From the IMG/VR virus record IMGVR_UViG_3300034122_002202, positions 1 to 64,000 of that record: a stretch of 64,000 nt of DNA. One strand, given 5' to 3'. Position 1 is the stretch's first letter, and each line of letters opens with the position of its first letter. Below the pieces are notes generated by a model that saw only the letters and a list, made by a program, of their open reading frames with translations, had not been told where the DNA came from and made no database searches. Positions 33,630 to 44,865 of this stretch are shown here, piece after piece. The stretch comes from a virus. Made by a program: the position numbers and the translations under genes.

Positions 33630-35854
33630 TGCCTAGCGTTTGCGTTTCTGGTGCTGGTAACCCTGTTGCAAATGGAACCTATACACAAAGTGGCAGCGTA
33701 TGGATAAAAGATGTAAACACAAGCATAGAATATGAAAATGACTATGGTGACAGAGACTATGCTTGGATGTTACGATATCAGGGCAATTTATTATATCAAA
33801 GTGCATCAGCTTCAGCTACACCAGCAACTACTGGATGGGTAACTGTTTATGGCACTGCTCCTGCACCAACAGTTACAGCAGGAGCATGTGCAGAACCTAC
33901 TACTACAACTACTACAACAACTGCTGAACCTACTACAACTACTACAACTACTACTACAGCAGCACCTTTAGTTGACCCATACTGTGTTTCTGGTGCTGGA
34001 ACCGCTGTTGCTAACGGAACATACACTTTTGTAAATAGTTCGTACAACATGTTTATGTCTGGATATTGGCAGCATGTGAGCGAGATAAATTTGAAGATGG
34101 GCTATGGCATGATGGGGTCGTATGAAATCTACAATGATTACACTAGACTTTATTACGCATCGACCTTAACTGGCACTTGGACTGTAGATTATGGTACTGG
34201 ACCTGCACCAACAGTAGCATCAGGGGAGTGTGGAACAACTACTACCACTACTACTTCAGCACCAACTACTACAACTACTACTACTGCTGCACCAACTACT
34301 ACAACTACTACAACTACTACTACTGCTGCACCTACGACTACAACCACAACAACACTACCTCCAGATAAAATTCGTATTAAAAGATCTAGTACATCTTCTT
34401 CTGTTCCTGCTACACTTTTATTGGGTGAATTAGGGATAAATATAGTAGATCAAAAAGTTTGGGTTGGAAACAGTAGCGAAGTTCCTGTTGTGTTGTCAGA
34501 TTATCAAAATACTTTTGTATATCAAGGGGATTGGGATCTTGCTGTTAATTACAAAAAGAACGATGTGGTAAAACGGAATGGTTCTTTTTATATGACCACT
34601 CGTTCTGTTGCTAACAATGGAGTAGACCCCGCTACAGATAACGGAACAGGTGGTTGGCAAATATTTTCTAACACTGTTGGAAACCAAGGATTTCAAGGAA
34701 GCCAAGGACTACAAGGTTTGCAAGGCAATCAAGGTGCAGCAGGAACTAATGGATCTCAGGGGAACCAAGGTTACCAAGGTGTCGTTGGAACTACTGGTTC
34801 ACAAGGTTTACAAGGATTGCAAGGTGCATCAGGAAACAATGGATCGCAAGGTTTTCAAGGATTAACTGGAACAGGGAATCAAGGTTGGCAAGGTGAACAG
34901 GGATGGCAAGGACATCAAGGGGATCAAGGATGGCAGGGCGATCAAGGATTCCAAGGAAGACAAGGTTTTCAAGGTCATCAAGGGGATCAGGGTTGGCAGG
35001 GTGATCAAGGTTTTCAAGGCATAACAGGAACAGGCAATCAAGGCAATCAAGGTTTTCAAGGTATAACAGGAACAGGGAATCAAGGTTCTCAAGGAAACCA
35101 AGGTTCACAAGGCAATCAAGGAAATCAAGGCACACAAGGATTTCAAGGTCAACAAGGAAACCAAGGATTTCAAGGAAACCAAGGATTTCAAGGAAATCAA
35201 GGCACAACCGGAACGGCTGCTACTGCTGGGGGGTCTAGTGGGCAATTTCAATACAAAAATGTATCTGGGGGACTTTCTGGGGCTGCTGCATTAACTTATC
35301 AAGCTGTAGCTGGAGATGATATAGGTGTTTACGCTACTTCTAGTTCTCAAGTTCCACTTGTTGTCCAAGGAGCAACTAGTCAAACCAACAATCTTTTTGA
35401 AATTAGATCTTCAAATGCAACAGTTCTTTTATATGTTACTCAATCTGGTGGTTTAAATGTTAGTGGTGGAGACATAGTAGTAGCTGATAGCAATTTAGTT
35501 ATCAAAAATAGTGGTAATGGTCGAACAATCACAATAGCAAAACCTTCTACATTTGCAGCCAGTTATACGCTAACTTTACCTCAGAATGCAGGAACAGCTA
35601 ATTATGCACTTGTAACTAACGGGTCAGGTACATTATCATGGGCTTCAAGTGTTTTAAGTGCAACTAATCTCGCTGGTGGTGGTGCAGGGCAGATACCTTA
35701 CAATACTGCATCTGGTGCAACAAGCTTTCTTGCTGCTGGAACAGCGGGGCAAGTATTGCAATCCAATGGAACAGCAGCACCTTCTTGGGGTACACAAACT
35801 TCTAAGTCATCAGGAAGCGATATTTTCTTAGCTAACAATTTTGGAGGTTTATAA
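33629..35854 (+). CDS. collagen-like fibre protein with Thr-rich linkers
   Basis: Two VSGAG..VANGTYT domains, poly-Thr, IKRS...P..L..GEL, GxQ tract, YTLTLP...LVTNGSGTLSW. Confidence 0.8.
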   Translation: MPSVCVSGAGNPVANGTYTQSGSVWIKDVNTSIEYENDYGDRDYAWMLRYQGNLLYQSASASATPATTGWVTVYGTAPAPTVTAGACAEPTTTTTTTTAEPTTTTTTTTTAAPLVDPYCVSGAGTAVANGTYTFVNSSYNMFMSGYWQHVSEINLKMGYGMMGSYEIYNDYTRLYYASTLTGTWTVDYGTGPAPTVASGECGTTTTTTTSAPTTTTTTTAAPTTTTTTTTTTAAPTTTTTTTLPPDKIRIKRSSTSSSVPATLLLGELGINIVDQKVWVGNSSEVPVVLSDYQNTFVYQGDWDLAVNYKKNDVVKRNGSFYMTTRSVANNGVDPATDNGTGGWQIFSNTVGNQGFQGSQGLQGLQGNQGAAGTNGSQGNQGYQGVVGTTGSQGLQGLQGASGNNGSQGFQGLTGTGNQGWQGEQGWQGHQGDQGWQGDQGFQGRQGFQGHQGDQGWQGDQGFQGITGTGNQGNQGFQGITGTGNQGSQGNQGSQGNQGNQGTQGFQGQQGNQGFQGNQGFQGNQGTTGTAATAGGSSGQFQYKNVSGGLSGAAALTYQAVAGDDIGVYATSSSQVPLVVQGATSQTNNLFEIRSSNATVLLYVTQSGGLNVSGGDIVVADSNLVIKNSGNGRTITIAKPSTFAASYTLTLPQNAGTANYALVTNGSGTLSWASSVLSATNLAGGGAGQIPYNTASGATSFLAAGTAGQVLQSNGTAAPSWGTQTSKSSGSDIFLANNFGGL

Positions 35855-35856
35855 CT

Positions 35857-36303
35857 ATGCCAGTGACATCAACACCTATTTTTCCTCAAGCCCCATACTT
35901 TGTTGCAAAAACACTTGCAGCACAAACAGCATGTACAACTAGAGGCCCAACAGCAACGGCTAGCCTTGCAGCAGCTAACATCATCGAAGTTGTGCCGACT
36001 TCTACCAATGGCCTAAGAATTGATAGCATCCAAGTCAATGCTTGTTCTACTTCTTTTACTGCACCTACCGCTGGTAATATCGTAGGCATATGGGTATGGG
36101 ATGGCACTACAGCTTATTTGTTTACAGAAATACTTGTGACCGCTGTAACTCCTTCAACTACTGTTGCTGGATTTACTACTACATTGACTTTTGCCAACCC
36201 TCTTGTTTTACCATCTACATTTAAACTTTTTGCCTCCGTTAGTGTTACTACTACCGCTAGCACTACTGCATTGCAAGTTTGTGTAATGGGGGGAAGTTAT
36301 TAA
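35857..36303 (+). CDS. hypothetical virion protein
   Basis: GGAGG RBS; Thr/Ala-rich beta protein in fibre module. Confidence 0.65.
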   Translation: MPVTSTPIFPQAPYFVAKTLAAQTACTTRGPTATASLAAANIIEVVPTSTNGLRIDSIQVNACSTSFTAPTAGNIVGIWVWDGTTAYLFTEILVTAVTPSTTVAGFTTTLTFANPLVLPSTFKLFASVSVTTTASTTALQVCVMGGSY

Positions 36304-36989
36304 TGGCTGGAGCGTTTAACTATGGCATGATACCAAGCAATTCGCCAAAGGGTTCTGCGTTTCAAGCAGTCCAAGAAACTACTATATCGTCTGGTATTAT
36401 TCAAATGTTTGCTGGTTCTACTGCTCCAAATGGGTGGCTTATATGTGATGGAAGTACTGTTAGTAGAAAGACTTATGGCGATTTATTTAAAGTTATTGGA
36501 ACCACATATGGGGCTGGCAATTCCAATACTACATTTGCATTACCAGATATGAGAGGGCGATTACCCATAGGTGCTGGAACAGGCACATCTTTGACAACTA
36601 GAACTTTAGGGGCGAATTTGGGTGCAGAGACAGTAACATTAGCACAAACAAATCTTCCACCACATACCCATACCGCTACAGTTGGAACACAAAGTGCTAA
36701 TCATACTCACACAGGTACAAGCGGTGGTCAAAGTGTAAATCATACACATAGCTATGGTTTACCGATAGGAACTACTGGAGCTACAAATGGTATTATAGAT
36801 TCGCTTACTGCTAGTAGTTCGGGAACACCGCAAACAGGTGGTAATTCTGTTGGTCATACTCATTCAACTACATTCGGAACTCAAAGTGCTACGCATACAC
36901 ATACAGTTACCAATTCAAACACAGGTAGTGGAACGCCATTTGGAATTATGCCCCCATCAATAGCTATTAATTTTATTATAAAGATATAG
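36303..36989 (+). CDS. phage tail-collar domain fibre protein, copy 1
   Basis: G.I.MFAG..AP.GWL.CDG..VSR..Y.DLF.VIGT.YG...TF.LPDMRGR; five HxH motifs. Confidence 0.9.
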   Translation: MAGAFNYGMIPSNSPKGSAFQAVQETTISSGIIQMFAGSTAPNGWLICDGSTVSRKTYGDLFKVIGTTYGAGNSNTTFALPDMRGRLPIGAGTGTSLTTRTLGANLGAETVTLAQTNLPPHTHTATVGTQSANHTHTGTSGGQSVNHTHSYGLPIGTTGATNGIIDSLTASSSGTPQTGGNSVGHTHSTTFGTQSATHTHTVTNSNTGSGTPFGIMPPSIAINFIIKI

Positions 36990-36996
36990 GTGAAAA

Positions 36997-37680
36997 TTGG
37001 CTGGATCTTTTTCTTATAATTCGATACCCACTAACTTCCCTAAAGGTAGTTCTTTTGAGCCTATAAAAACACCAATCATACCGACTGGTGTAATAGAAAT
37101 GTTTGCTGGTTCTGTTGCTCCAATTGGATGGTTGATTTGTGATGGAAGTATTGTGAGTAGAGTAGCTTTTAGCGATTTATTTAAAATTATAGGCACTACT
37201 TATGGTTCTGGAAATTCTAATAGTACATTTACTTTACCAGACATGAGAGGCAGACTACCTATTGGTGTTGGTTCTGGTTCTGGTTTAACCACAAGGACAT
37301 TAGCAGCAACTCTTGGTTCAGAAACAGCGACATTAGCAGAAACCAATTTGCCTTCTCACACACATGCAACTACAGTAGGAACAGAAAGTGTTACGCATAC
37401 ACACACAGGAACAAGTGGAGGTGAAAGTGCAAATCATGTACACAACTTTTCTCATACTGCGGGTACATCTGGTTCATATGGGTTAATGGACTCAGGAACA
37501 GCTAGTAGTTCTGGTCAACCTAATACTGGTGGCATTCAGCAAAACCATACTCATGCTACTACGACAGGAACAGAAAGTGCTACCCATAACCATTCGGTGT
37601 CTAATTCTAATACTGGAAGTGGAACAGCATTTGGTATTATGCCTCCATCCATAGTTGTTAATTTTATTATAAAGATATAG
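36997..37680 (+). CDS. phage tail-collar domain fibre protein, copy 2 (TTG start)
   Basis: Same collar motif and five HxH. Confidence 0.9.
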   Translation: MAGSFSYNSIPTNFPKGSSFEPIKTPIIPTGVIEMFAGSVAPIGWLICDGSIVSRVAFSDLFKIIGTTYGSGNSNSTFTLPDMRGRLPIGVGSGSGLTTRTLAATLGSETATLAETNLPSHTHATTVGTESVTHTHTGTSGGESANHVHNFSHTAGTSGSYGLMDSGTASSSGQPNTGGIQQNHTHATTTGTESATHNHSVSNSNTGSGTAFGIMPPSIVVNFIIKI

Positions 37681-37687
37681 GTGAAAA

Positions 37688-38371
37688 TTGGCTGGATCTT
37701 TTTCTTATAATTCGATACCAACTAACTCCCCTAAAGGTAGCTCCTTTCAAGGTTTACAATCATCCATTACTCCTATTGGTGTTATAAGATTTTTTGCTGG
37801 ATCTGTAGTTCCTAACGGATGGCTTTTATGCAATGGAAGTACTGTTAGCAGAAAAGCTTATGGCGATTTATTTAAAGTAATAGGAACAACTTTTGGTGCT
37901 GGCAATTCTAATGACACTTTTACTTTGCCTGATATGAGAGGCAGGATTCCAATTTGTGCAGGAACAGGCACTTCTTTAACCACTAGAACTTTAGGGTCAA
38001 ATGTAGGAGCAGAAACCGCAACACTATCTGAAGCTAATATGGCTTCTCATACTCATACAGCCACAGTAGGAACGCAAACCGCTAATCATACACACTCAGG
38101 AACAAGTGGTACAGTGTCTGCTGATCATACGCATGGTTGGGGAAGAAATGTGGGATCGTTTGGATCATATGGCTTAAGAGATGGCACGAATAGAAGTGCT
38201 AATGGAACCCCTAATACGCAAGGAGCACATCAAGATCATAGTCATGGTACTACTACTGGAACTGAAAGTGCTAATCATAATCATACAGTTACAAATTCCA
38301 GTACTGGAGGTGGAACTGCATTCGGGATTATTCCACCAGCGATAGTTGTTAATTTCATCATAAAAGCATAG
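37688..38371 (+). CDS. phage tail-collar domain fibre protein, copy 3 (TTG start)
   Basis: Same collar motif and five HxH. Confidence 0.9.
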   Translation: MAGSFSYNSIPTNSPKGSSFQGLQSSITPIGVIRFFAGSVVPNGWLLCNGSTVSRKAYGDLFKVIGTTFGAGNSNDTFTLPDMRGRIPICAGTGTSLTTRTLGSNVGAETATLSEANMASHTHTATVGTQTANHTHSGTSGTVSADHTHGWGRNVGSFGSYGLRDGTNRSANGTPNTQGAHQDHSHGTTTGTESANHNHTVTNSSTGGGTAFGIIPPAIVVNFIIKA

Positions 38372-38379
38372 GAGCAAAA

Positions 38380-38940
38380 ATGTTAAGCTTAAGTATCATA
38401 CTGACAAATAGGATAGATAACTCTGGAATAGCAACAGAGGACATATACAACATCAATCTGATTAAAACAAATTCAGATGGTGTTTCAAGAAATATAACCA
38501 TGCCAGTTTTACTTGACTCAGAAATTGGCAAATTTATATCTAAGCTTGCTGATCAAACATGGGATTATATAGCTGCTGCACCTCCAGATGCTCTCTCTCA
38601 AGCAAAGGCGTGGTCATTTCAAAATATAGACAATGAATGGGCAGCTTTAGAAAAAGTTGGTTGGGATTCTGGTCGTGGCTATCGTTTAGGCATTTCACCT
38701 TCTGATGTGGCACTTCTTGTGGGTGTATTTTCTCTTGCAAAAGAGGCAGCAGCATTGGGCCTAGAACTTCCCAACCTAATTAGCATGGATAATACGCCTG
38801 TTGTTTTCTCGTCTATAGAAGAAATGACCGCTGTTCTTTTAGAATATGGTCAAGCTCGTTCAATCTTAGCTAGCACCTTTGCAGAAAAAAGAAAGGTAGT
38901 AGAGAATGCCACAGAAGTTGGAGTGACAGGTGTAATTTAA
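38380..38940 (+). CDS. probable tail-fibre assembly protein (DUF4376-like C-terminus)
   Basis: L..AK.....I, DN....F...E helical pattern; follows fibres. Confidence 0.5.
   Translation: MLSLSIILTNRIDNSGIATEDIYNINLIKTNSDGVSRNITMPVLLDSEIGKFISKLADQTWDYIAAAPPDALSQAKAWSFQNIDNEWAALEKVGWDSGRGYRLGISPSDVALLVGVFSLAKEAAALGLELPNLISMDNTPVVFSSIEEMTAVLLEYGQARSILASTFAEKRKVVENATEVGVTGVI
38929..38938 (+). promoter_or_regulatory. putative late promoter GGTGTAATTT
   Basis: Upstream of holin-like gene. Confidence 0.55.
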
Positions 38941-38975
38941 TGTAGGCACAACTACATTATTTGGGGGTTAGAACA

Positions 38976-39263
38976 ATGGATGATAAAGACTTTATCCTAT
39001 TAATTGAACGATTAGGTGTTTCTTGCAGCTTTTTAATATTCTTTGTTTGGACAACCTATAGAGCATCTACTTGGTTGGGTGAGAAGATCATCCTTCCTTT
39101 GCATGATAGACACATCAAATTTATAGATAGGTTGGAAAATGGTCTAGAAAGTGTGGTCAAAAGCCAAGAAAACACTATGGACATACTTAATCAGATATTG
39201 TTGAACACTAGGGAATTACACGAACTCAAAAGGAATAAAAAGGAAACTGCCAATGCAGAATGA
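38976..39263 (+). CDS. holin-like membrane protein
   Basis: One N-terminal TM helix (LIERLGV..FLIFFVW) + coiled coil. Confidence 0.5.
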   Translation: MDDKDFILLIERLGVSCSFLIFFVWTTYRASTWLGEKIILPLHDRHIKFIDRLENGLESVVKSQENTMDILNQILLNTRELHELKRNKKETANAE

Positions 39264-39366
39264 GATTATTTACACAAACGACACCATTGTTGCTGTACAA
39301 TACACTGTATTAAATAGCAATGAGTGTACTTACATATATACAAGTGGGTTTGTTTATGGCATGTGA
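39253..39366 (+). CDS. 37-aa hypothetical protein (MQNEIIYTND...), not in ORF track
   Basis: AAGGA RBS; overlaps both neighbours by a few bases. Confidence 0.4.
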   Translation: MQNEIIYTNDTIVAVQYTVLNSNECTYIYTSGFVYGM

Positions 39367-39604
39367 TTGTGCTCCAGATCAAGGTGCTGTTTATCCACCA
39401 AATTATGTTGGTGCAGCAGTAAATGCAGCTTCGTTGTTGCTCATAGAATGTGCTGATTGTTATGGGAGATGTGTTTATAAAATGCAAACTATTAATCAAA
39501 TAGCTACTTGGGTTTTAGATGCTAATACTTGTTCTGAAACAATGCCTTCTGATGGAACTAGTCCATCTTCAAGCATGAGTGTAATTTATATTGCTTGGGA
39601 ATAA
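39356..39604 (+). CDS. small Cys-containing protein (MACDC...)
   Basis: C.G.CVY.......W.L....C resembles N-terminal module of 44866 protein. Confidence 0.55.
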   Translation: MACDCAPDQGAVYPPNYVGAAVNAASLLLIECADCYGRCVYKMQTINQIATWVLDANTCSETMPSDGTSPSSSMSVIYIAWE

Positions 39605-39606
39605 TA

Positions 39607-41607
39607 ATGAAGTTAACTGATGAGATAAAGAATAAAATACAAGAATTATATGACTTAACACCAGATGATGTTCATGGTGTTTCTTTTGGTTTTAAACATA
39701 CAAATAATATTAACACTGGAAAAGTTGGGGTTGTTTTTAATGTAATAAAAAAATTAAATGAAAATGAGTTAGGAAACAATGAAATACTTCCAAAAACTAT
39801 TCGTGTAGATGGTATTGACATAATAACAGATGTTGTAGAATCAGAACCCATAAAAGGTTTAGCTTGCTACAACGATTTATATGGTCAACCACTAGAATAT
39901 TTTAATTTTACTTCTACAAATACAAATGTTACTAGATTAAGTGGTAGTTATGGTATGATAACACCATTTCAAGGTGGTCAAGAAATATCTCGTTTTCCAG
40001 ATAAATATTCTGGGAGTTGGTTTACAACAAAACCTTATATAAACACTAATGTTGGAACGCTTGGTTTTTGGGCAACAGATGAAATAGACAATAAAGTTGT
40101 TGGTGTTACTAATGCACATGTTGCAATTTCAGACTTCATAATTGCATCAGATAGAGACACACAAAAAGAATTAGATTATACATATAATATTTATGATGAA
40201 TTAGAATGGTTTATTGACAAAAAAAAACATAGACCAGGACTTTTTAGTTTTGATAATGACAGCACTAAAAAAGTTATCCGTATAGGTTCTACTAAAAGAT
40301 ATTATCCAGTTAGTTTAACAAATGCTAACTATATTGATGCTGCACTTTATTATCCAGAAAATATAAGTCATATTAATCATATTCATACCCCAACAACTAA
40401 TCCAGATAGTTATTCTTTAGAATATCCTTTTGCAACAACAGAAGAGATAGATGATTTACTATTTAATCCAACAGAAGTTTATAGTACTGGTAGAACTACT
40501 GGCCCAAAAGGTTGGAATACTTGTAAATTACAAATACAATCTATAGGTTTTTCAACTACAATTGGTTATGACGATATAAGAGGATCTAGTGTTTCTGGAG
40601 TTTCATATTCTGATTGCATACAATTTAAATATCAGCCTAGTTATAATAATTCTTTTTGGCCAGTTTTTTCTGGAGATTCTGGATCTGCATTAGTTAAAGT
40701 TATTAATGGCGTTAAAAAAATTATAGGTTTGGTTTTTGCTGGAGGAAGATTTGATGGTATAGCTGCAAGAATAGATAGAGTTGCATCTTTAATGAAGATA
40801 AAGGCTTATGATAGTGCATCATCAACCACACCATCGACACCTACTATTTATTCAATTAGTGTTACAGACCCAAGAATAAGCCAGCCAACATTAACTATAG
40901 ATGGAAAATTATATTATCAAGCTGGATTTAGAAGTTTGGGTGGTGCAACTCCCACCCCGACTCCTACGCCAACACCTAGTCCGACTCCTAGTCCAACACC
41001 TACGCCTACACCAACACCAACACCAACACCAACACCGACTCCTACGCCAACACCAACGCCTACACCGAGTCCAACACCGACTCCTACGCCAACACCAACG
41101 CCTACACCGAGTCCAACACCGACTCCTACGCCAACGCCTACACCAACGCCAGTACCGACTCCTACGCCAACACCAACGCCTACACCGAGTCCAACACCGA
41201 CTCCTACGCCAACGCCTACACCAACGCCAGTACCGACTCCTACGCCTAGCCCAACGCCAGTTGCTATACCAGAAAACAACATAAAATATAATGCTGGCGA
41301 AACATTAGACTTAAGATTAACAGATGATTATTATGCAATAGATGGTAGGGGTATAAACTTTATTTCTGATGATTATCCAAATTTAAGTGAAGTAACATCA
41401 ATGTTTTATGTTGATGGCAAAATAAATTTTTCAAAGACAATTTCTTATATTGATAGCAAAACTTTAAGACTTGAACTTAGCAGCACAAACTTACAAAGTA
41501 TTGGTGCTGGAAGATGGTCTTATGAAATTAGATCTATTTTTCCTAGTGGTCATACTGTGACAATTAGTGTTGGCAATTTAATTATCACGCCAGCATTTGG
41601 AGATTAA
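39607..41607 (+). CDS. trypsin-like (S1) serine protease + Pro-Thr stalk + C-terminal beta domain
   Basis: Triad motifs TNAHV, IDAAL, SGDSGS, plus GRTTG; about 105-aa (PT/PS)n. Confidence 0.85.
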   Translation: MKLTDEIKNKIQELYDLTPDDVHGVSFGFKHTNNINTGKVGVVFNVIKKLNENELGNNEILPKTIRVDGIDIITDVVESEPIKGLACYNDLYGQPLEYFNFTSTNTNVTRLSGSYGMITPFQGGQEISRFPDKYSGSWFTTKPYINTNVGTLGFWATDEIDNKVVGVTNAHVAISDFIIASDRDTQKELDYTYNIYDELEWFIDKKKHRPGLFSFDNDSTKKVIRIGSTKRYYPVSLTNANYIDAALYYPENISHINHIHTPTTNPDSYSLEYPFATTEEIDDLLFNPTEVYSTGRTTGPKGWNTCKLQIQSIGFSTTIGYDDIRGSSVSGVSYSDCIQFKYQPSYNNSFWPVFSGDSGSALVKVINGVKKIIGLVFAGGRFDGIAARIDRVASLMKIKAYDSASSTTPSTPTIYSISVTDPRISQPTLTIDGKLYYQAGFRSLGGATPTPTPTPTPSPTPSPTPTPTPTPTPTPTPTPTPTPTPTPSPTPTPTPTPTPTPSPTPTPTPTPTPTPVPTPTPTPTPTPSPTPTPTPTPTPTPVPTPTPSPTPVAIPENNIKYNAGETLDLRLTDDYYAIDGRGINFISDDYPNLSEVTSMFYVDGKINFSKTISYIDSKTLRLELSSTNLQSIGAGRWSYEIRSIFPSGHTVTISVGNLIITPAFGD

Positions 41608-41610
41608 AAA

Positions 41611-44600
41611 ATGTCTAATTGTATTGATCCATTAAACATAAACTTTAAACCATCTTATGAGGGAGAACTTTTACTGTTGGGGGCATGTTCCTATACTGCA
41701 ACAGAAAAAGATGGGAATTTAATTTGGGAAGAGAATGAAGAATTGAAGGTTTATGGGGTTGGTGGTTGTAATTGTAGTGTATCACCACCACCAATATCAG
41801 ATGAAAATTTAAATCCAATACTTGCAAATTTGCCAACCTCACAAGGACAAATATATTCTACTGGAACATGTTCTGGTAATTGTGCTGAAGGAAGTACTAC
41901 ATGTCAGATTGTTGGTTTTCTTTCTAATGGTACTAATTGTGATATGGGTTGTGGATGGACTACTGAAGGTTGTGCTGAAGGATCAACTACTGAAGCACCA
42001 TTATGTTCTCCTAGTTCTTGCACTTTTAATCTGTCTGAAATTTCACCAGGAATGTATTATTATATGGAAGGCACAACATGTTTGTACGGTTGTATTTGCG
42101 ATGGAGAACGACCAGCTAGTGCAACCGAAGTGTCTCAACCTACAGTTACTTATAATTGTATACCAGCACCTACTAGTACTTCAACTTCAACTTCAAGTAC
42201 TGCTGCACCAACAACTTCAACTACTTGTAATCCAACAAGTTGCAATGGAGTTAATGCATGTTGTAATGGCGTATGTACAAATCTTAATGAAGACCAGAAT
42301 CATTGTGGTGCATGTGATGCCCCTCCATGTGCTGGCCCTTGTTGCGTTGGAATATGTTGTGCAGCAATGGAGTCATGTAGCGATGGAGTTTGTTGTCCAG
42401 CAGGGCAAGAAGGTTGCAATGGGGTGTGTTGTCCAGCAGGGCAAGGATGTTGCGATGGGCAATGTGTGACACTTCAAACTGATGCACATTGTGGTGGTAC
42501 TGGACCAGGAAGGAATGGTTGTGAGCCTTGTCTAGCAGGAAGGACATGTTGTCCTTTTAATGAATCAATAGGTATTTGCATAAATGTAAATGGCACAGAT
42601 TGGAACAATTGTGGTGGGTGTGGTGTTCCATGTCAGACTAATCAAATATGTTGTGATGGGGTGTGTGTTAGTACTGGAACTGCTGAACATTGTGCTGGGT
42701 GTGCTCCTTGTGGAGCTAATGCAACATGTTGTGGTGGTCAATGTCTTAATAATCTACCACAACAAGAATGTAATGCTTTAGTTTGGGCTGCAACTCCTGG
42801 TGGTGATAGTCCAGCATGTTATTCTGTTGGTCCAGCAAATAGTCAATTTGGTTCATGTGCAACTGGAATGCAAGTTGGTAGCAATACTTGTAATCGTCAA
42901 ATTTGTGGCGATTGTCCTTTTGAAGATTATTTAATATGTTCAACAGCATGTACTGCACTTTTAACATCTAATCCCAGTCCATCAGTTGAAGATGGCGATA
43001 CATTTTATTTTAGCACAAAAGCAGATGCAGAAGCTTTTGCTGGTGCAAATACTGGCGATTGTTTTCTTGGGTGGACAAAATTTTCTTCATCTTGTGGTTG
43101 CACTGGTTGTGAAAAGATATATTTAAATAGTCTTCCGTCTGACAGTGGTAGTGCAGGACCATTTAAAACTAAAGGATTTTGTGAATCAACCATAACCTCA
43201 AATGCATGTACAGAAGAAGAACTTCCAAATACTTATGCAGCAGATTTGACAAATAATCAATGTGGCAGTGGTGCTGCTGGTTGTTTTTCAAATGGTGCAT
43301 GTAGATGCCCTGGATCTGAGTGTCTTAGTGGTGGAACAGTTTGTGGGGATGGCGAATCTAATTTTTGTATTGGTGCATCAAGTTGTCAAGTTCAAATTAC
43401 TATAAGTTATAGTGTTAATACTGGTGGTGTAAATGTTCCACAAACATCTACTACTATAGCAAGTGGAACTATGTTGTCTCAGTATTCTCTTGTTCAAGTT
43501 GCAAATGTAATACCAGAAAACATTAATGATACAGTTTATGGTTATTTAAAATTAGAAACAAGCGATACTTTTGTTAATAGCACAGGGCAGAGTTTAGGGG
43601 CGAATGTTACTTCATCTGTTACAATTTTTCAAAACACAATAGAAAGTGAGCTTTCTGGATCGGCAACAGTAACTGTTCTTCCATATTGTCCTGCATCTCC
43701 ACCACCATCGCCCCCATCGCCCCCAAGCCCTAGTCCATCGCCTAGCCCCAGTCCGTCACCTTCACCGAGTCCATCACCTTCGCCATCGCCTTCACCTAGT
43801 CCTAGTCCATCACCTACACCGAGTCCAAGCCCGACTCCTAGTCCATCGCCAACGCCTAGCCCAACACCGAGTCCTACACCAAGCCCGACTCCTAGTCCAA
43901 CGCCTTCACCGACACCGAGTCCAACGCCTAGCCCTACACCTTCACCTAGTCCTACACCTAGTCCATCGCCATCGCCTAGCCCGACTCCAAGCCCAACGCC
44001 AAGCCCGACTCCTAGTCCAACGCCTTCACCTACACCGAGTCCAAGCCCGACTCCTAGTCCAACGCCTTCACCGACACCGAGTCCAACGCCTAGCCCTACA
44101 CCTTCACCTAGTCCTACACCTAGTCCATCGCCATCGCCTAGCCCGACTCCAAGCCCTAGTCCAACCCCTTCACCTACACCGAGTCCTACACCGAGTCCTA
44201 CACCTAGTCCATCGCCATCGCCTAGCCCGACTCCAAGCCCTAGTCCAACCCCTTCACCTACACCGAGCCCTACACCAAGCCCGACTCCTAGTCCAACGCC
44301 TTCACCGACACCGAGTCCAACGCCTAGCCCTACACCTTCACCTAGTCCTACACCTAGTCCATCGCCATCGCCTAGCCCGACTCCAAGTCCAACGCCTAGT
44401 CCAACACCTAGTCCAAGCCCAAGCCCAACGCCTTCACCTACACCGAGTCCAAGCCCGACTCCTAGTCCATCGCCAACGCCTAGCCCAACACCGAGTCCTA
44501 CACCAAGCCCGACTCCTAGTCCAACGCCTTCACCGACACCGAGTCCAACGCCATCGCCTAGCCCGACTCCTAGTCCAACGCCTTCACCTACAACTATTCC

Positions 44601-44856
44601 AAGTCCTTTAATTTACAACATTGATTATTCTGCAAGAACAACAACATCAGTAACAGTTACTTGGCGAAGTGAGATACCATTAACTAGTCGTGTTTTATAT
44701 GGAACAACACAGGTTTTATCTCCATCGACTTATCCAAATTATGGTTATCAAAATTCAACAATAGAAAATACTCAACTAACTACAACACATAGCATTACTG
44801 TCACTGGTCTTTTGCCCAACACAACATATTATTTTAGACCAGTTGGTCATATATAG
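41611..44856 (+). CDS. Cys-rich protein + about 300-aa Pro-Ser/Pro-Thr stalk + C-terminal FN3-like domain
   Basis: CCxGxC/NCGxCG repeats; TSVTVTW...SRVLYG...[17 protein letters not shown]. Confidence 0.8.
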   Translation: MSNCIDPLNINFKPSYEGELLLLGACSYTATEKDGNLIWEENEELKVYGVGGCNCSVSPPPISDENLNPILANLPTSQGQIYSTGTCSGNCAEGSTTCQIVGFLSNGTNCDMGCGWTTEGCAEGSTTEAPLCSPSSCTFNLSEISPGMYYYMEGTTCLYGCICDGERPASATEVSQPTVTYNCIPAPTSTSTSTSSTAAPTTSTTCNPTSCNGVNACCNGVCTNLNEDQNHCGACDAPPCAGPCCVGICCAAMESCSDGVCCPAGQEGCNGVCCPAGQGCCDGQCVTLQTDAHCGGTGPGRNGCEPCLAGRTCCPFNESIGICINVNGTDWNNCGGCGVPCQTNQICCDGVCVSTGTAEHCAGCAPCGANATCCGGQCLNNLPQQECNALVWAATPGGDSPACYSVGPANSQFGSCATGMQVGSNTCNRQICGDCPFEDYLICSTACTALLTSNPSPSVEDGDTFYFSTKADAEAFAGANTGDCFLGWTKFSSSCGCTGCEKIYLNSLPSDSGSAGPFKTKGFCESTITSNACTEEELPNTYAADLTNNQCGSGAAGCFSNGACRCPGSECLSGGTVCGDGESNFCIGASSCQVQITISYSVNTGGVNVPQTSTTIASGTMLSQYSLVQVANVIPENINDTVYGYLKLETSDTFVNSTGQSLGANVTSSVTIFQNTIESELSGSATVTVLPYCPASPPPSPPSPPSPSPSPSPSPSPSPSPSPSPSPSPSPSPSPTPSPSPTPSPSPTPSPTPSPTPSPTPSPTPSPTPSPTPSPTPSPSPTPSPSPSPSPTPSPTPSPTPSPTPSPTPSPSPTPSPTPSPTPSPTPSPTPSPSPTPSPSPSPSPTPSPSPTPSPTPSPTPSPTPSPSPSPSPTPSPSPTPSPTPSPTPSPTPSPTPSPTPSPTPSPTPSPSPTPSPSPSPSPTPSPTPSPTPSPSPSPTPSPTPSPSPTPSPSPTPSPTPSPTPSPTPSPTPSPTPSPTPSPSPTPSPTPSPTTIPSPLIYNIDYSARTTTSVTVTWRSEIPLTSRVLYGTTQVLSPSTYPNYGYQNSTIENTQLTTTHSITVTGLLPNTTYYFRPVGHI

Positions 44857-44865
44857 GAGTTTAAA

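Noticed and set aside
28330-35207. Many alternative-frame and antisense ORFs over the collagen genes
   Set aside because: By-products of the 9-bp GGN-NNN-CAR periodicity; no RBS and low-complexity products.
36303-38371. Diversity-generating retroelement or invertible tail-fibre cassette
   Set aside because: No reverse transcriptase or invertase in the window, copies are co-oriented, and differences are not adenine-specific.
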